DNA of 32,000 nt. Origin: Trichlorobacter lovleyi SZ (lineage in GTDB: Bacteria; Desulfobacterota; Desulfuromonadia; Geobacterales; Pseudopelobacteraceae). The stretch lies in assembly GCF_000020385.1 (NCBI RefSeq), contig NC_010814.1, positions 3,480,001 through 3,512,000 of the forward strand. The letters run 5' to 3'. The stretch's first letter is position 1; every line of letters starts with the position of its first letter. Positions 14,789-24,281 of this stretch are shown one piece after another. The position numbers and the translations under genes were made by a program. A model generated the notes under the pieces. That model saw only the letters and a program-made list of their open reading frames with translations, was not told the origin of the DNA and did not search any database.

Positions 14789-16075
14789 TTACTCTCCCAA
14801 TAGCTGGCGCGCCAGCAGCTCCATGGTATGAACCACTTCAACAGTAGAACCATGTTGTTTCAGACCGTCGTCCAACTGCATCATACAACCGGGACAGCCG
14901 GTGGCCACAGCATCTGCGCCGGTGGCAATGATCGCTTCGCTCTTGAGATCATTGATCTCCATGGAGGAACCGTAGTGATAAACATTGAAGGTGCCGCCCA
15001 GACCACAGCAGCGGTCTGCCCCTTCCATCTCCACCAGCTCAAGTCCGGGGGTGGCCTTGATCAGATCACGGGGTTGGGCAGTCAGCTTGCGGGTCCGCAG
15101 ATGACAGGGGTCATGATAGGTAATTTTGCCGGTTGCACCGCTGCCGGTTTCAGCAGGCTTCAGCCCCAGCTGGGCCAGCAGCTGGGCAGCATCCACCGTC
15201 TTCGCGGCCAACCGGTCAAGCCGCTCACGCAGCTCCGGGTTACGTTTACCGACCACCAGCGGATAGAGGCGGTGCAAGGCACCGCCACAGGTGGCACAAG
15301 CGCTCATCACATAATCAGCCTCATAGCGCTCCAGGGCAGTCAGGTTGCGCTCAGCCAAGTCACGTACTGTCTCAATATCGCCGCCGGACATACCGGGCAG
15401 ACCGCAGCACTGCTGATCCTTGGGAATGATAATGGTGCAGCCCAGGTGCTGGAACAGCTTGACCGTGGCCACCCCAACCCGCGGGTAGGCAAAGTTGGTC
15501 ATACAGCCGACAAAAAAGATAACCCGCGGTTTGCCCGGCTGGCCTTCGATCACCTCCGGATAACGCTCCATAAACGTGGTCTTGGCAATGGCCGGGATAT
15601 AACGTTTGTTACCCACAAACGGCAGCGGAAAGCGCAGACGCAGACCAGAGTTCTCCGGCACCTTCTTGAAGAACAACGGCCCCAGCAGCGAGGCGGCCTT
15701 GGCACCCAGCTTCATCCGGGTACGGCTCTTGATCACCTGCCCCACTGCAGCATGGAAGGTGGTAAGCCCTCGCTTCTTGGCCAGCGCCTCACGGGCAGCG
15801 ATCACAATTTCATCGGTCGGCACATCATTGGGACAGCGGTCCACACAACTGCCACATAAAAGGCATTTGGACATGGCCAGATAGGTCTGGTCATCCAGAT
15901 CTATGTCATCTTTCAACAGGTGTTGAACCAGGGTCAACTTGCCACGGGCCGTGGCCGGCTCACGCTGAAAGGCGGTAAAGGCAGGGCAGTTGGATCGACA
16001 GGTACCGCACTTGACACACTTTTTCAGCTCTTCTTCTATACGCTGAAGAGTATCAGTAACTATTTGATCAGACAT
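14789..16075 (-). CDS. (Fe-S)-binding oxidoreductase subunit with two 4Fe-4S ferredoxin motifs and two CCG domains (GlcF/HdrD/LutA-like)
   Basis: The start is moved to the ATG at 16075 (MSDQIVTDTLQRIEEELKKCVKCGTCRSNCPAF). A second ferredoxin motif is CLLCGSCVDRCP. The CCG motifs are ...QQCCGLPG... and ...ADRCCGLGG... . The 26-aa track extension is hydrophobic and lacks an SD. Confidence 0.8.
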   Translation of the reverse strand: MSDQIVTDTLQRIEEELKKCVKCGTCRSNCPAFTAFQREPATARGKLTLVQHLLKDDIDLDDQTYLAMSKCLLCGSCVDRCPNDVPTDEIVIAAREALAKKRGLTTFHAAVGQVIKSRTRMKLGAKAASLLGPLFFKKVPENSGLRLRFPLPFVGNKRYIPAIAKTTFMERYPEVIEGQPGKPRVIFFVGCMTNFAYPRVGVATVKLFQHLGCTIIIPKDQQCCGLPGMSGGDIETVRDLAERNLTALERYEADYVMSACATCGGALHRLYPLVVGKRNPELRERLDRLAAKTVDAAQLLAQLGLKPAETGSGATGKITYHDPCHLRTRKLTAQPRDLIKATPGLELVEMEGADRCCGLGGTFNVYHYGSSMEINDLKSEAIIATGADAVATGCPGCMMQLDDGLKQHGSTVEVVHTMELLARQLLGE

Positions 16076-16184
16076 AGGTAAAATCCTTTTTAAACACAGA
16101 GCAACGGGACAACAGAGAAAAACAAAACCCAACAACAATAGTAGACAAAACAACCCCGGCTTTTCAAGGTTTTATATTTCCGGC

Positions 16185-17516
16185 TTACTCAGTTGCCCGG
16201 TTGCTGCGTGTTTCAATCCTGCCTTTCCAGTCCTCCAGCACCGCCAACGCCCGTTCTGCCAGCAACAGCTTGCGATCCTTCTTCTTGACCCTGCTTGTGA
16301 GGGAAGGGAACAGACCGTAGTTGACATTCATCGGCTGGAAATGCTTCGGCTCAGCGTTGGTGATATGATGAATCAGGGCACCCAGGGCAGTTTCCTGCGG
16401 AGGCAGGACCGGTTCTTCATGAGTGACCAGCGCAGCCACCGTCAGGCCAGCCAGAAAGCCGGAGCCTGCTGACTCAACATACCCCTCAACCCCGGTGATC
16501 TGCCCGGCAAAGATGATGCGGGGATCTGACTTCAGCTGCTGCGTGGGCAACAACAAGGCCGGTGCATTGATAAAGGTGTTGCGATGCATCACCCCCAACC
16601 GGACAAACTCGGCCTGTTCCAGCCCCGGAATCATCCGCAACACCCGGCGTTGTTCCGGCCAGGTCATCTTGGTCTGGAACCCCACCAGATTATAGAGGGT
16701 CTTTTCATTGTTTTCTGACCGCAACTGCACCACAGCCCAGGGATCTCTGCCTGTGGCTGGATCAGGCAGACCGACCGGCTTCATCGGACCAAAGCGCAGG
16801 GTTTCATCACCACGCGCTGCCATCTCTTCAATCGGCATACAGCCGTCAAAATGGACCACCTTCTCGAATTCGCGGGGCGCCACCTTTTCAGCAGCTTTCA
16901 CAGCTGCAATAAACGCCGCATACTGTTCCTGATCCATGGGGCAGTTGAGGTAATCGTCAGGATCACCCTTGCCGTAGCGGGAAGCGGCATAGATCCTGGA
17001 CAGATCAAGGGATTCTGCCGTAACAATCGGGGCAATGGCATCGTAGAAGTAGAGTCGCTCCCCCACCAGACGGGACAGTTCTTCAGCCAGGGCATCGCTG
17101 GTCAAGGGACCGGAGGCGATCACCACCAAGCCTTCAGACGGCAGGCAGGTCAACTCTTCACGAACCAGGGTGATATTGGGATGGGAGGAGATCCGTTCAG
17201 TTATCCAGGCGGAGAACAGATCCCGATCAACAGCCAGGGCACCACCGGCCGGAACCCTGGTGGCATCAGCAGCCTGCATGATCAGGGAACCGCAACGCCG
17301 CAGCTCTTCCTTGAGCAGACCGACCGCATTACCCAGATCTGCCCCCCGCAGTGAGTTGGAGCAGACCAGCTCAGCCAGCCCCTCACATTGGTGAGCCGGA
17401 GAATAGCGGTGGGGCTTCATCTCATACAGACGAACCTGCAGACCACGCTCAGCAGCCTGCCAGGCTGCCTCACAACCGGCAAGACCGGCGCCTATTATTG
17501 TCACCAATGTATGCAT
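16185..17516 (-). CDS. trmFO: Methylenetetrahydrofolate--tRNA-(uracil54-C5)-methyltransferase TrmFO (Gid)
   Basis: The start is the ATG at 17516 with GGAG 5 nt upstream. The protein opens [25 protein letters not shown] (FAD fold) and contains ...CSNSLR..., [18 protein letters not shown] and NVNYGLFP. Confidence 0.9.
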   Translation of the reverse strand: MHTLVTIIGAGLAGCEAAWQAAERGLQVRLYEMKPHRYSPAHQCEGLAELVCSNSLRGADLGNAVGLLKEELRRCGSLIMQAADATRVPAGGALAVDRDLFSAWITERISSHPNITLVREELTCLPSEGLVVIASGPLTSDALAEELSRLVGERLYFYDAIAPIVTAESLDLSRIYAASRYGKGDPDDYLNCPMDQEQYAAFIAAVKAAEKVAPREFEKVVHFDGCMPIEEMAARGDETLRFGPMKPVGLPDPATGRDPWAVVQLRSENNEKTLYNLVGFQTKMTWPEQRRVLRMIPGLEQAEFVRLGVMHRNTFINAPALLLPTQQLKSDPRIIFAGQITGVEGYVESAGSGFLAGLTVAALVTHEEPVLPPQETALGALIHHITNAEPKHFQPMNVNYGLFPSLTSRVKKKDRKLLLAERALAVLEDWKGRIETRSNRATE

Positions 17517-17557
17517 AAAAACTCCAGGACCGTCACAGCTCACTCTGCCAGACAGCT

Positions 17558-17605
17558 AAAAAGTCCGACACAACGGCGTACTGGTCAGTACATCGAGTGC
17601 CGGAC
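17558..17605 (-). terminator. Candidate intrinsic terminator after topA
   Basis: On the minus strand GUCCGGCAC (17597-17605) pairs with GUGUCGGAC (17563-17571), 9 bp including one G-U pair. The loop holds an inner GUACU/AGUAC hairpin. A U5 run follows (A-run 17558-17562 on plus). Confidence 0.45.
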
Positions 17606-17647
17606 AACTGAGTACAGAGCAACATAGATAAGCCAGAGACGAAACCG

Positions 17648-19924
17648 TTATGCGGAAGTGTAGTCACAGCCCTCTTTGGGACACTTCAGGAACTCACCTT
17701 TTTTCTTGTAGACCTTCTTGACCAGCACCGGGAAGCCGCACTTGGGACAGGGCTGGGTAACCGGTGGATCCCACAGGGCAAATTTGCAATCAGGATAGCG
17801 GTTGCAGGAGTAGAACATCTTGCCATAACGGGACTTCTTCTCAGTCAACTCCCCCTCTTTACATTCCGGGCAGGTAACACCGGTCCCCTTGGGTTTGTTC
17901 AAAGGCTGGATATTCTTGCAGGCCGGATAGCCGGAGCAGGCCAGATACTTGCCGTAGCGACCCGACTTGATCAACATCGGCTGGCCGCATTTATCACATT
18001 TTTCTTCTGAAACTTCCGGTTCAGCAGCCTCTTCAGTACCGCTGTTTTCCAGGTTGCGGGTGTACTTGCACCCCTCTTTGAAACCGGTACAGGCGATAAA
18101 CTTGCCCCGTTTGCCCAGCTTGATGGCCAGCGGCTTGCCACACTCCGGACAGGCCTCTTCCAGGGTCTCGGTGGTCAGATCGTCCTTCTTGACCTCCCCC
18201 TCTTTTTGCTTAAGCAGGCTGATGAACGGGTTCCAGAACTCGCGCAGTAGCGGCTTCCACTGTTTTTCACCGCGGGAGACCTGATCCAGCTCCTCTTCCA
18301 GTCCGGCGGTAAAGTTGTAATCCACATACTTGGGGAAATGGGCGGTTAAAAGGTCATTAACCACCATGCCGACATCCTCCGGGAAGAACCGTTTCTTGTC
18401 CAGACGGGCATACTTACGTTCCACCAGGGTGTTAAGGGTACTGGCATAGGTGGATGGCCGGCCGATGCCATACTCTTCCAGAGTCTTGACCAGGGTGGCT
18501 TCGGTGTAGCGGGGCGGCGGCTGGGTAAAGTGCTGCTCCGGCAGCACCTCAAGCAGCTTGAGCGCTTCCCCCTCATCCAGAGCTGGCAGCGTACCTTCCT
18601 TTTCCTCGTCTTCGTCATCCACCCCCTCAATATAGAGCTTCATGAAGCCGGGGAAGCGGATCACCGAACCGGTTGCCCGCAGGATGAAGCTGTCCGTTTT
18701 CTGGCCACTGACCGCGATATCCACCGAGGTCTGGTCCAACAGTGCCTCGGCCATCTGGCAGGCAACCGTCCGCTTCCAGATCAGCTCATATAGCTTGAAC
18801 AGGTCAGGGGTCAGATACTTCTTCAGTTCAGCCGGGGTCTTGTCCAGATAAGTGGGACGGATCGCCTCGTGGGCTTCCTGGGCATTTTTTGACTTATTCT
18901 TGTAAAAGCGGGGCTTGGCCAGGGCGTATTCCTTGCCATAAGCCACACTGATCAGGTCATGGGCATCTTTCAGGGCCTGGGCCGAGAGGTTGACGCTGTC
19001 AGTACGCATGTAGGTGATCAGACCGACCGTGCCGCCTTCGCCGATTGCCACCCCTTCGTACAGTTTCTGGGCCGTGGACATGGTCTTTTTAGCAGAGAAT
19101 CCCAGCTTGCGGGATGCCTCCTGCTGCAGGGTGGAGGTGGTAAAGGGGGGCGCCGGGTTACGCTTCATCTCCTTGCGGGTAACCGATGCGACCTCAGCTT
19201 TACCTTGTGCAATGGCGTTCTTCAGAGCATCCGCGCTCTTCTGATCCGGGATATCAAACTTGCCCAGCTTCTTGCCATCCACCGCAACCAGACCGGCCTT
19301 CAGTGTCTGACCACCCTGCTTTTCCAGTTTGGCGCCAATGGTCCAGTACTCCTGATCCACAAAGGCCTGGATCTCTTTTTCCCGCTCACAGACCAGCCGC
19401 AGGGCAACTGACTGCACCCGTCCGGCAGAAAGGCCGTAACGGATCTTTTTCCAGAGAAAGGGAGAAAGATTGAAACCGACCAGATAATCCAGAATTGAAC
19501 GGGCCTGCTGGGCATCCACCAGGTCTATGGCAATATCACGGGGATGCTGCACCGCATGGATGATGGCATCCTTGGTGATCTCATGGAACACCACCCGCTG
19601 GATCGGGATCTTGGGCTTTTTATCCAGCCCCAGGGCAGCCAGCAGGTGCCAGGAGATCGCCTCTCCCTCTCGGTCGGGGTCAGTTGCCAGCAACAGTCGA
19701 TCCGCCCCCTTCAGCTCTTTCTTGATGGCATCGATATGTTTTTTGCTCTCCGGCAGCACATGGTACTTGGGCTCAAAATCATTGGCCGTATCAACCGAGC
19801 CCTGTTTGCTGGGCAGTGCCCGGACATGCCCGAAGGAGGCCAGCACCCGGTATTCGGAACCGAGGAATTTCTCAATGGTCTTGGCCTTGGCCGGAGACTC
19901 GACAATTACAAGCTGATGCGCCAT
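17648..19924 (-). CDS. topA: DNA topoisomerase I with four C-terminal Cys4 zinc-ribbon modules
   Basis: 758 aa. It opens with the TOPRIM domain MAHQLVIVESPAKAKTIEKFLG...DPDREGEAI and has the active-site region ITYMRTDS. The four zinc ribbons begin CPECGKPL.., CDKCGQPM.., CPECKEGE.. and CPKCGFPV.. . Confidence 0.95.
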   Translation of the reverse strand: MAHQLVIVESPAKAKTIEKFLGSEYRVLASFGHVRALPSKQGSVDTANDFEPKYHVLPESKKHIDAIKKELKGADRLLLATDPDREGEAISWHLLAALGLDKKPKIPIQRVVFHEITKDAIIHAVQHPRDIAIDLVDAQQARSILDYLVGFNLSPFLWKKIRYGLSAGRVQSVALRLVCEREKEIQAFVDQEYWTIGAKLEKQGGQTLKAGLVAVDGKKLGKFDIPDQKSADALKNAIAQGKAEVASVTRKEMKRNPAPPFTTSTLQQEASRKLGFSAKKTMSTAQKLYEGVAIGEGGTVGLITYMRTDSVNLSAQALKDAHDLISVAYGKEYALAKPRFYKNKSKNAQEAHEAIRPTYLDKTPAELKKYLTPDLFKLYELIWKRTVACQMAEALLDQTSVDIAVSGQKTDSFILRATGSVIRFPGFMKLYIEGVDDEDEEKEGTLPALDEGEALKLLEVLPEQHFTQPPPRYTEATLVKTLEEYGIGRPSTYASTLNTLVERKYARLDKKRFFPEDVGMVVNDLLTAHFPKYVDYNFTAGLEEELDQVSRGEKQWKPLLREFWNPFISLLKQKEGEVKKDDLTTETLEEACPECGKPLAIKLGKRGKFIACTGFKEGCKYTRNLENSGTEEAAEPEVSEEKCDKCGQPMLIKSGRYGKYLACSGYPACKNIQPLNKPKGTGVTCPECKEGELTEKKSRYGKMFYSCNRYPDCKFALWDPPVTQPCPKCGFPVLVKKVYKKKGEFLKCPKEGCDYTSA

Positions 19925-19938
19925 AGGTTCTCTGATCC

Positions 19939-21033
19939 TTAAGGAAGTGAATAGTATGATCCGGGAAGCTGCTGCAGCATCCCTTTTAGTTCAAGGCCAA
20001 GCACCATAGCCGAAACCTCTCCGGGCGTCAATTCCAGAGCCTGGGTAATCTCATCAAGATGACGCGGTCCCTGGGCCACCAATTCATAAACAGCAGCTTC
20101 GCGTGGGGTCAGGCTGCAACGCAGTGGCGGGGCGTGCCGGTCAAGTAACGGCAGGGCATGCTCCGACCTGACAACCCTGACTGCATGTAATATATCCTCC
20201 ACACAGTCAACCAGCTGGGCACCATCCTTGATCAGACGGTTACTGCCGCGACAGGCAGCAGAGCTGATTGCCCCGGGTACTGCCAGCACCTCACGTCCCT
20301 GGTCCAGCGCGTAACGGGCCGTGATCAGAGAACCGCTCTTTTCCACCGCCTCCACCACCAGTACCCCTCGCGAAAGCCCGCTAATGATCCGGTTGCGGCG
20401 GGGGAAATGCTCTGCCAGTGGCTGGGTTACCATGGGAAACTCTGAGATGATACAGCCATTCCCACTGATCTGCTCCGCAAGCTGCCTGTTTTCCGGCGGA
20501 TAGTCAACATCAACCCCACAGCCAAGCACCGCAACCGTAGCGCCGCCACCAGCCAGAGCACCACGGTGGGCAGCCGTATCTATCCCGCGGGCCAGACCGG
20601 ACACCACCAGAACACCGTTAGAGGCCAGCTCCGACGAAAGCCGTTCTGCCGCCTTCAGTCCTTCACGGGTTGCCCTGCGGGAACCGACCACGGCAACCGC
20701 AGGTTCCCAGGGAGGGAACGTTCCGCGCAGGTACAGTAGAGGAGGTGGATCGCCAATCTCAAACAAACGGCGGGGATAGTCGGCATCCAGAAAGGTCAGC
20801 AGGCGGACACCGGCTGCCTCAATCCTGCGACACTCCGCTTCTGCAAAGCGACGACAGGCCGGGGCAGCAATAGCCTCCGCAATCTGCGGCGTAACGCCCC
20901 GTACAGTTGCAAGGGCGCCCGGCGCCGCAGAAAACACATGGCCCGGCGTTTCAAACCGTTCCAGCAGCCGCCGGAACAGGACCGGGCCAATTCCTTCCAC
21001 GGCCCGCAACGCTATCCAGGAACAGTAGTCCAT
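19939..21033 (-). CDS. dprA: DNA-processing protein DprA (Smf)
   Basis: 364 aa with the motifs VAVVGSRRAT, VVSGLARGIDTAAHRGAL and GSLITARYALDQGREVLAVPG. The dprA-topA order is classic. Confidence 0.9.
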   Translation of the reverse strand: MDYCSWIALRAVEGIGPVLFRRLLERFETPGHVFSAAPGALATVRGVTPQIAEAIAAPACRRFAEAECRRIEAAGVRLLTFLDADYPRRLFEIGDPPPLLYLRGTFPPWEPAVAVVGSRRATREGLKAAERLSSELASNGVLVVSGLARGIDTAAHRGALAGGGATVAVLGCGVDVDYPPENRQLAEQISGNGCIISEFPMVTQPLAEHFPRRNRIISGLSRGVLVVEAVEKSGSLITARYALDQGREVLAVPGAISSAACRGSNRLIKDGAQLVDCVEDILHAVRVVRSEHALPLLDRHAPPLRCSLTPREAAVYELVAQGPRHLDEITQALELTPGEVSAMVLGLELKGMLQQLPGSYYSLP

Positions 21034-21044
21034 GCAGCTCCCTT

Positions 21045-21076
21045 AAAAAACGAAGGCCGACGCGGGGTCGGCCTTC
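21045..21076 (-). terminator. Intrinsic terminator after the LysM-protein gene, abutting the dprA start
   Basis: GAAGGCCGAC (21052-21061) pairs with GTCGGCCTTC (21067-21076) around a 5-nt loop. On the minus strand a T6 run follows (A-run 21045-21050 on plus). Confidence 0.65.
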
Positions 21077-21097
21077 AAGACAGTTGGCTGCGGCTCC

Positions 21098-22117
21098 TTA
21101 ACGGGGAGCGCTGACAACCTCATTACCCTTGAAAATGGCGTCAATGCTTTTCACCACAATGGCAGTAGAGGTCCTGTTGCCCACCTCCACAATCACCAGC
21201 GCACCAACCACTTCATTGGGCAGTTCTCCGACATAACGTTCCACCAGCATCTTCTCAATCGCCACCTTCCGGACGACATAGAGCAGGTTGCCCGGTTCTG
21301 CCCCCTCTGAACGCCCAAGGTCAAGATAGACCACATCGCCGGTGGCAAGTGCAGTGTTACCGGTGGCGCTCTCAACAAGATAGCCTTTCAGCGGGCGCGA
21401 AACCATTTTCAGGGCAACGGTCCGGCGCTTCACCGGCTGGTAGGGCACCAACAGATCGCCAGGTTCGATTTCCTTAAATGAAGTTGAGATAATGCCACGG
21501 GAATTCAGCTTCGTCACATGGGTCAGCTGTAGCGCCCCCAGTGGATAGACCTTATAACCGAGATCATCACCGGTCACCGGATGTTTAATCTGTTTTGACT
21601 TGCGCAGAATCGTATATTTACTGCCGTCATTTCCGCCATGACTGGTGCCGATATCGGTGAAGACGGTATCATCTTCACCAAGCACCAGGCGGCCGTGCTG
21701 TCCCGCGATAACTCTACCGGTCGGCAACGTATCCTTTTCCATTAACCAGCCTTCATTGCCGCGCACAGTAAAGGTCTTTTCCTCTGCAACCTCAAGCTGA
21801 GGAACCGGCTGAACCGTCTTGCCAGCTGCCGCCTTCTGCCCGCCGGCCTCCACCGGGGCATCAACGATCTCCAGCCTGCCATCCACAAAGCGGACGGTTT
21901 GGCCAGGATAAATAAAATGAGGGTTGGTTACCTGCTGATTTTTCGACCAGAGATCCGGCCAGTAATTGGGATTGTTAAGGAATTTCCCGGAAAGCCCCCA
22001 GAGTGTGTCACCCTTCTGGATCACATAGACCGTTGGCTCTTCTTCGGCCCAGAGTAACCATGGAACAGACAGGAGCATTACCATCAGGGACAGTACCAGC
22101 CGCATACGAGATTTCAT
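21098..22117 (-). CDS. Secreted LysM-domain peptidoglycan-binding protein
   Basis: ATG at 22117 (MKSRMRLVLSLMVMLLSVPWLLWA); the track uses the GTG at 22123. The LysM motif reads YVIQKGDTLWGLSGKFLNNPNYWPDLWSKNQQVTNPHFIYPGQTV. Confidence 0.8.
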   Translation of the reverse strand: MKSRMRLVLSLMVMLLSVPWLLWAEEEPTVYVIQKGDTLWGLSGKFLNNPNYWPDLWSKNQQVTNPHFIYPGQTVRFVDGRLEIVDAPVEAGGQKAAAGKTVQPVPQLEVAEEKTFTVRGNEGWLMEKDTLPTGRVIAGQHGRLVLGEDDTVFTDIGTSHGGNDGSKYTILRKSKQIKHPVTGDDLGYKVYPLGALQLTHVTKLNSRGIISTSFKEIEPGDLLVPYQPVKRRTVALKMVSRPLKGYLVESATGNTALATGDVVYLDLGRSEGAEPGNLLYVVRKVAIEKMLVERYVGELPNEVVGALVIVEVGNRTSTAIVVKSIDAIFKGNEVVSAPR

Positions 22118-22129
22118 GGTCACCTCACT

Positions 22130-22876
22130 TCAGTGCCGGACAGGAGCCGGTTGGTCGCTGGACATCAGCCGTTCCCGCGCCTTGACAGCTGCAGGACTGC
22201 CGGGATAACTGCGTATAAGCCGTTCAAATGAGCTTTTGGCCTTATCCTGTTGTTTCTGGGCAAGATAGCTGTATCCAATTTTAAGCAGGGCATCTGCTGC
22301 CTTGGAGTGCCGGGGCCAGCCATCAACCACCTTCTGAAATGCAACGTGGGCATTGGGCAGATCTGAACTGCTGTAATAGCACTCACCAATCCAGTAATAG
22401 GCATTTGGCACATACTCACTTGCAGGCAATTCTTTTATAAACAGCTCGAAGGCCTGAATTGCCGTTGCAAAATTGTTCGTACTGTAGAGACCAAAGGCCT
22501 TGACATAGGCTGGCGGTGGCCCGGCATCCCTGCCCTTGGGGACAGGATCAGGATTGACCACCTCAACCTTGGAAGTAGCAGTTGCAGGAGCAGCCTGAAG
22601 CTTGGCCTGTAAGGCCTGATTAACCTCTTTCAGCTCACGGACGCCATTACCAAGCTCTTTGATAAGTGCTGCACGCTGGGTCTCCTGTTCTTCCAGGCCC
22701 GCCAATCGACCGGAAAGCTCGTTCAATCGGGCTTCAATCCCCCCCGCAATCTGGAAAAGGTGTTCAACCTTGGTCTCGGTCTCGGTCTGGCGCTTTACCA
22801 TCAGGTCATTGGCCGCACAGCCGCCAAGAACCAGTAGGGATAACGACAGCAGACCCAGTTTATGCAGGTGGCCCAT
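22130..22876 (-). CDS. YbgF/CpoB-like protein: lipoprotein-type signal, coiled coil, C-terminal TPR domain
   Basis: The lipobox-like sequence is LLVLGGC. A coiled coil spans residues ~40-95. The TPR region reads AYYWIGECYYSSSDLPNAHVAFQKVVDGWPRHSKAADALLKIGYSY. SD AGGAG lies 6 nt before the ATG. Confidence 0.7.
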   Translation of the reverse strand: MGHLHKLGLLSLSLLVLGGCAANDLMVKRQTETETKVEHLFQIAGGIEARLNELSGRLAGLEEQETQRAALIKELGNGVRELKEVNQALQAKLQAAPATATSKVEVVNPDPVPKGRDAGPPPAYVKAFGLYSTNNFATAIQAFELFIKELPASEYVPNAYYWIGECYYSSSDLPNAHVAFQKVVDGWPRHSKAADALLKIGYSYLAQKQQDKAKSSFERLIRSYPGSPAAVKARERLMSSDQPAPVRH

Positions 22877-22910
22877 GCAACACTCCTGTTTTTTCTTGGG
22901 TTTCGCTGTA

Positions 22911-22938
22911 ATTAAAGCCAGAAAAACTGCTTTGTCAA
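22911..22938 (-). promoter_or_regulatory. Candidate sigma70 promoter for the YbgF-like/LysM genes
   Basis: On the minus strand: TTGACA (22933-22938), a 16-nt spacer, then TTTAAT (22911-22916). Confidence 0.35.
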
Positions 22939-23039
22939 GCGAAAGTCAGGATTATCCGGTTTGCATTTTACAGAGAGAGTCATCATGTGCTAGCATTCTA
23001 TATTTAATTGCCTTCATTACTATTCAGAGTGGATCTGAC

Positions 23040-24281
23040 GTGAACAAACCTGAATTGCTGGCCCCGGCCGGGACCATGGAAAAACTGAAATGCGCCATCA
23101 GATACGGGGCCGATGCCGTCTATATGGGCGGACCCGACTTTGGCCTGCGTAACATGGCCGGCAACTTCACTCTTGCCGAAATGCCGCAAGCCCTGGCGTT
23201 CTGCCATGAACAGGGGGTCCGCTGCTATCTGACTATTAACAGCTATCCTGCCGACCACACCCTGGGCCGCCTTGAAAACTATCTGCAGGAACTGGCGCCG
23301 CTCCCCTTTGATGCCTACATTGTCAGTGACCCTGGTGTGCTACGGATGATCCGCCGGATTTCTCCAGAACGGGAGATTCACCTCTCTACCCAGGCCAACA
23401 CCATCAACCATGAAAGTGTCCTGTTCTGGCAGGAACAGGGGATTGGCCGGGTCAATCTGGCCCGAGAGATGACGTTGGAAGACATCAGTGCAACCACCAG
23501 GGCTGTCTCACTACCATGCGAGGTTTTTGTGCATGGCGCCCTCTGCATTGCCTACTCAGGTCGCTGTCTGCTTTCCAGCGCCATGACCGGCCGCAGCGCC
23601 AATCTGGGCGAATGTACCCAGCCCTGCCGCTGGAAGTACGCCCTGGTTGAGGAGCGCAGACCGGGCGAATATCAGCCGATTGAAGAAGACTCAAGCGGCA
23701 CCTTCATCTACAACTCTAAAGACCTCTGCCTGCTTGAGTATCTGCCTGATCTGGTCAGGGCCGGCGTAGCTTCTCTCAAGATTGAAGGCAGGATGAAGGG
23801 GGTCCACTACCTTGCCGGTGTGTTGCGGATCTACCGCACAGCCCTGGACCGTTTCTGCGCCGACCCCGACGGTTACACCGCCGACCCGGCCTGGATGGAG
23901 GAGCTGACCACCATCAGCCACCGCGGCTATACCACCGGTTTTCTGCTGGGCGACCCAAAAGATGTCGGGCAGTCCTATCAGGCCGGTTACCTGCGCAGCC
24001 ACAAACTGGTTGGCGTTGTCGAGGCGATGCATGGGGAAAAACTGGCAGAGGTGGTGGTCAGAAACCGGTTTCAGGCTGGTGATCAGCTTTCATTGATGGG
24101 ACCCGCCATGAAAAATGCCGATTTTACGGCCACTGATCTGCAGTACTATGATCAGCAGGGCACGCTACTGCCGGTCGCAACAGTCCACCCGAACATGCGT
24201 ATTCTGATGCCGGTGCCCGCCGGTACCGCCCCCGATGACCTGATCCGGCTCCCTGCACCGATGCAGGAATTTGATTCATGA
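23040..24281 (+). CDS. Peptidase-U32-family protein (probably an Fe-S hydroxylase of the RlhA/TrhP/UbiU type rather than a protease)
   Basis: GTG start at 23040 gives (V)NKPELLAPAGTMEKLKCAIRYGADAVYMGG, the canonical U32 N-terminus. The Cys cluster is CIAYSGRCLLSSAMTGRSANLGECTQPC. The track ORF start (22659) would overlap the convergent-frame ybgF-like gene. Confidence 0.85.
   Translation: MNKPELLAPAGTMEKLKCAIRYGADAVYMGGPDFGLRNMAGNFTLAEMPQALAFCHEQGVRCYLTINSYPADHTLGRLENYLQELAPLPFDAYIVSDPGVLRMIRRISPEREIHLSTQANTINHESVLFWQEQGIGRVNLAREMTLEDISATTRAVSLPCEVFVHGALCIAYSGRCLLSSAMTGRSANLGECTQPCRWKYALVEERRPGEYQPIEEDSSGTFIYNSKDLCLLEYLPDLVRAGVASLKIEGRMKGVHYLAGVLRIYRTALDRFCADPDGYTADPAWMEELTTISHRGYTTGFLLGDPKDVGQSYQAGYLRSHKLVGVVEAMHGEKLAEVVVRNRFQAGDQLSLMGPAMKNADFTATDLQYYDQQGTLLPVATVHPNMRILMPVPAGTAPDDLIRLPAPMQEFDS

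Noticed and set aside
14828-15859. 343-aa plus-strand ORF antisense to the CCG Fe-S protein gene
   Set aside because: Shadow ORF opposite a gene with ferredoxin and CCG motifs. Its composition is Gly/Ala/Thr/His-rich and it has no motif.
22659-23039. 127-codon N-terminal extension of the U32 ORF in the track (start at 22659)
   Set aside because: It would overlap the 5' part of the minus-strand YbgF-like gene and its promoter region. The U32 family N-terminus (NKPELLAPAG) begins at the GTG at 23040.
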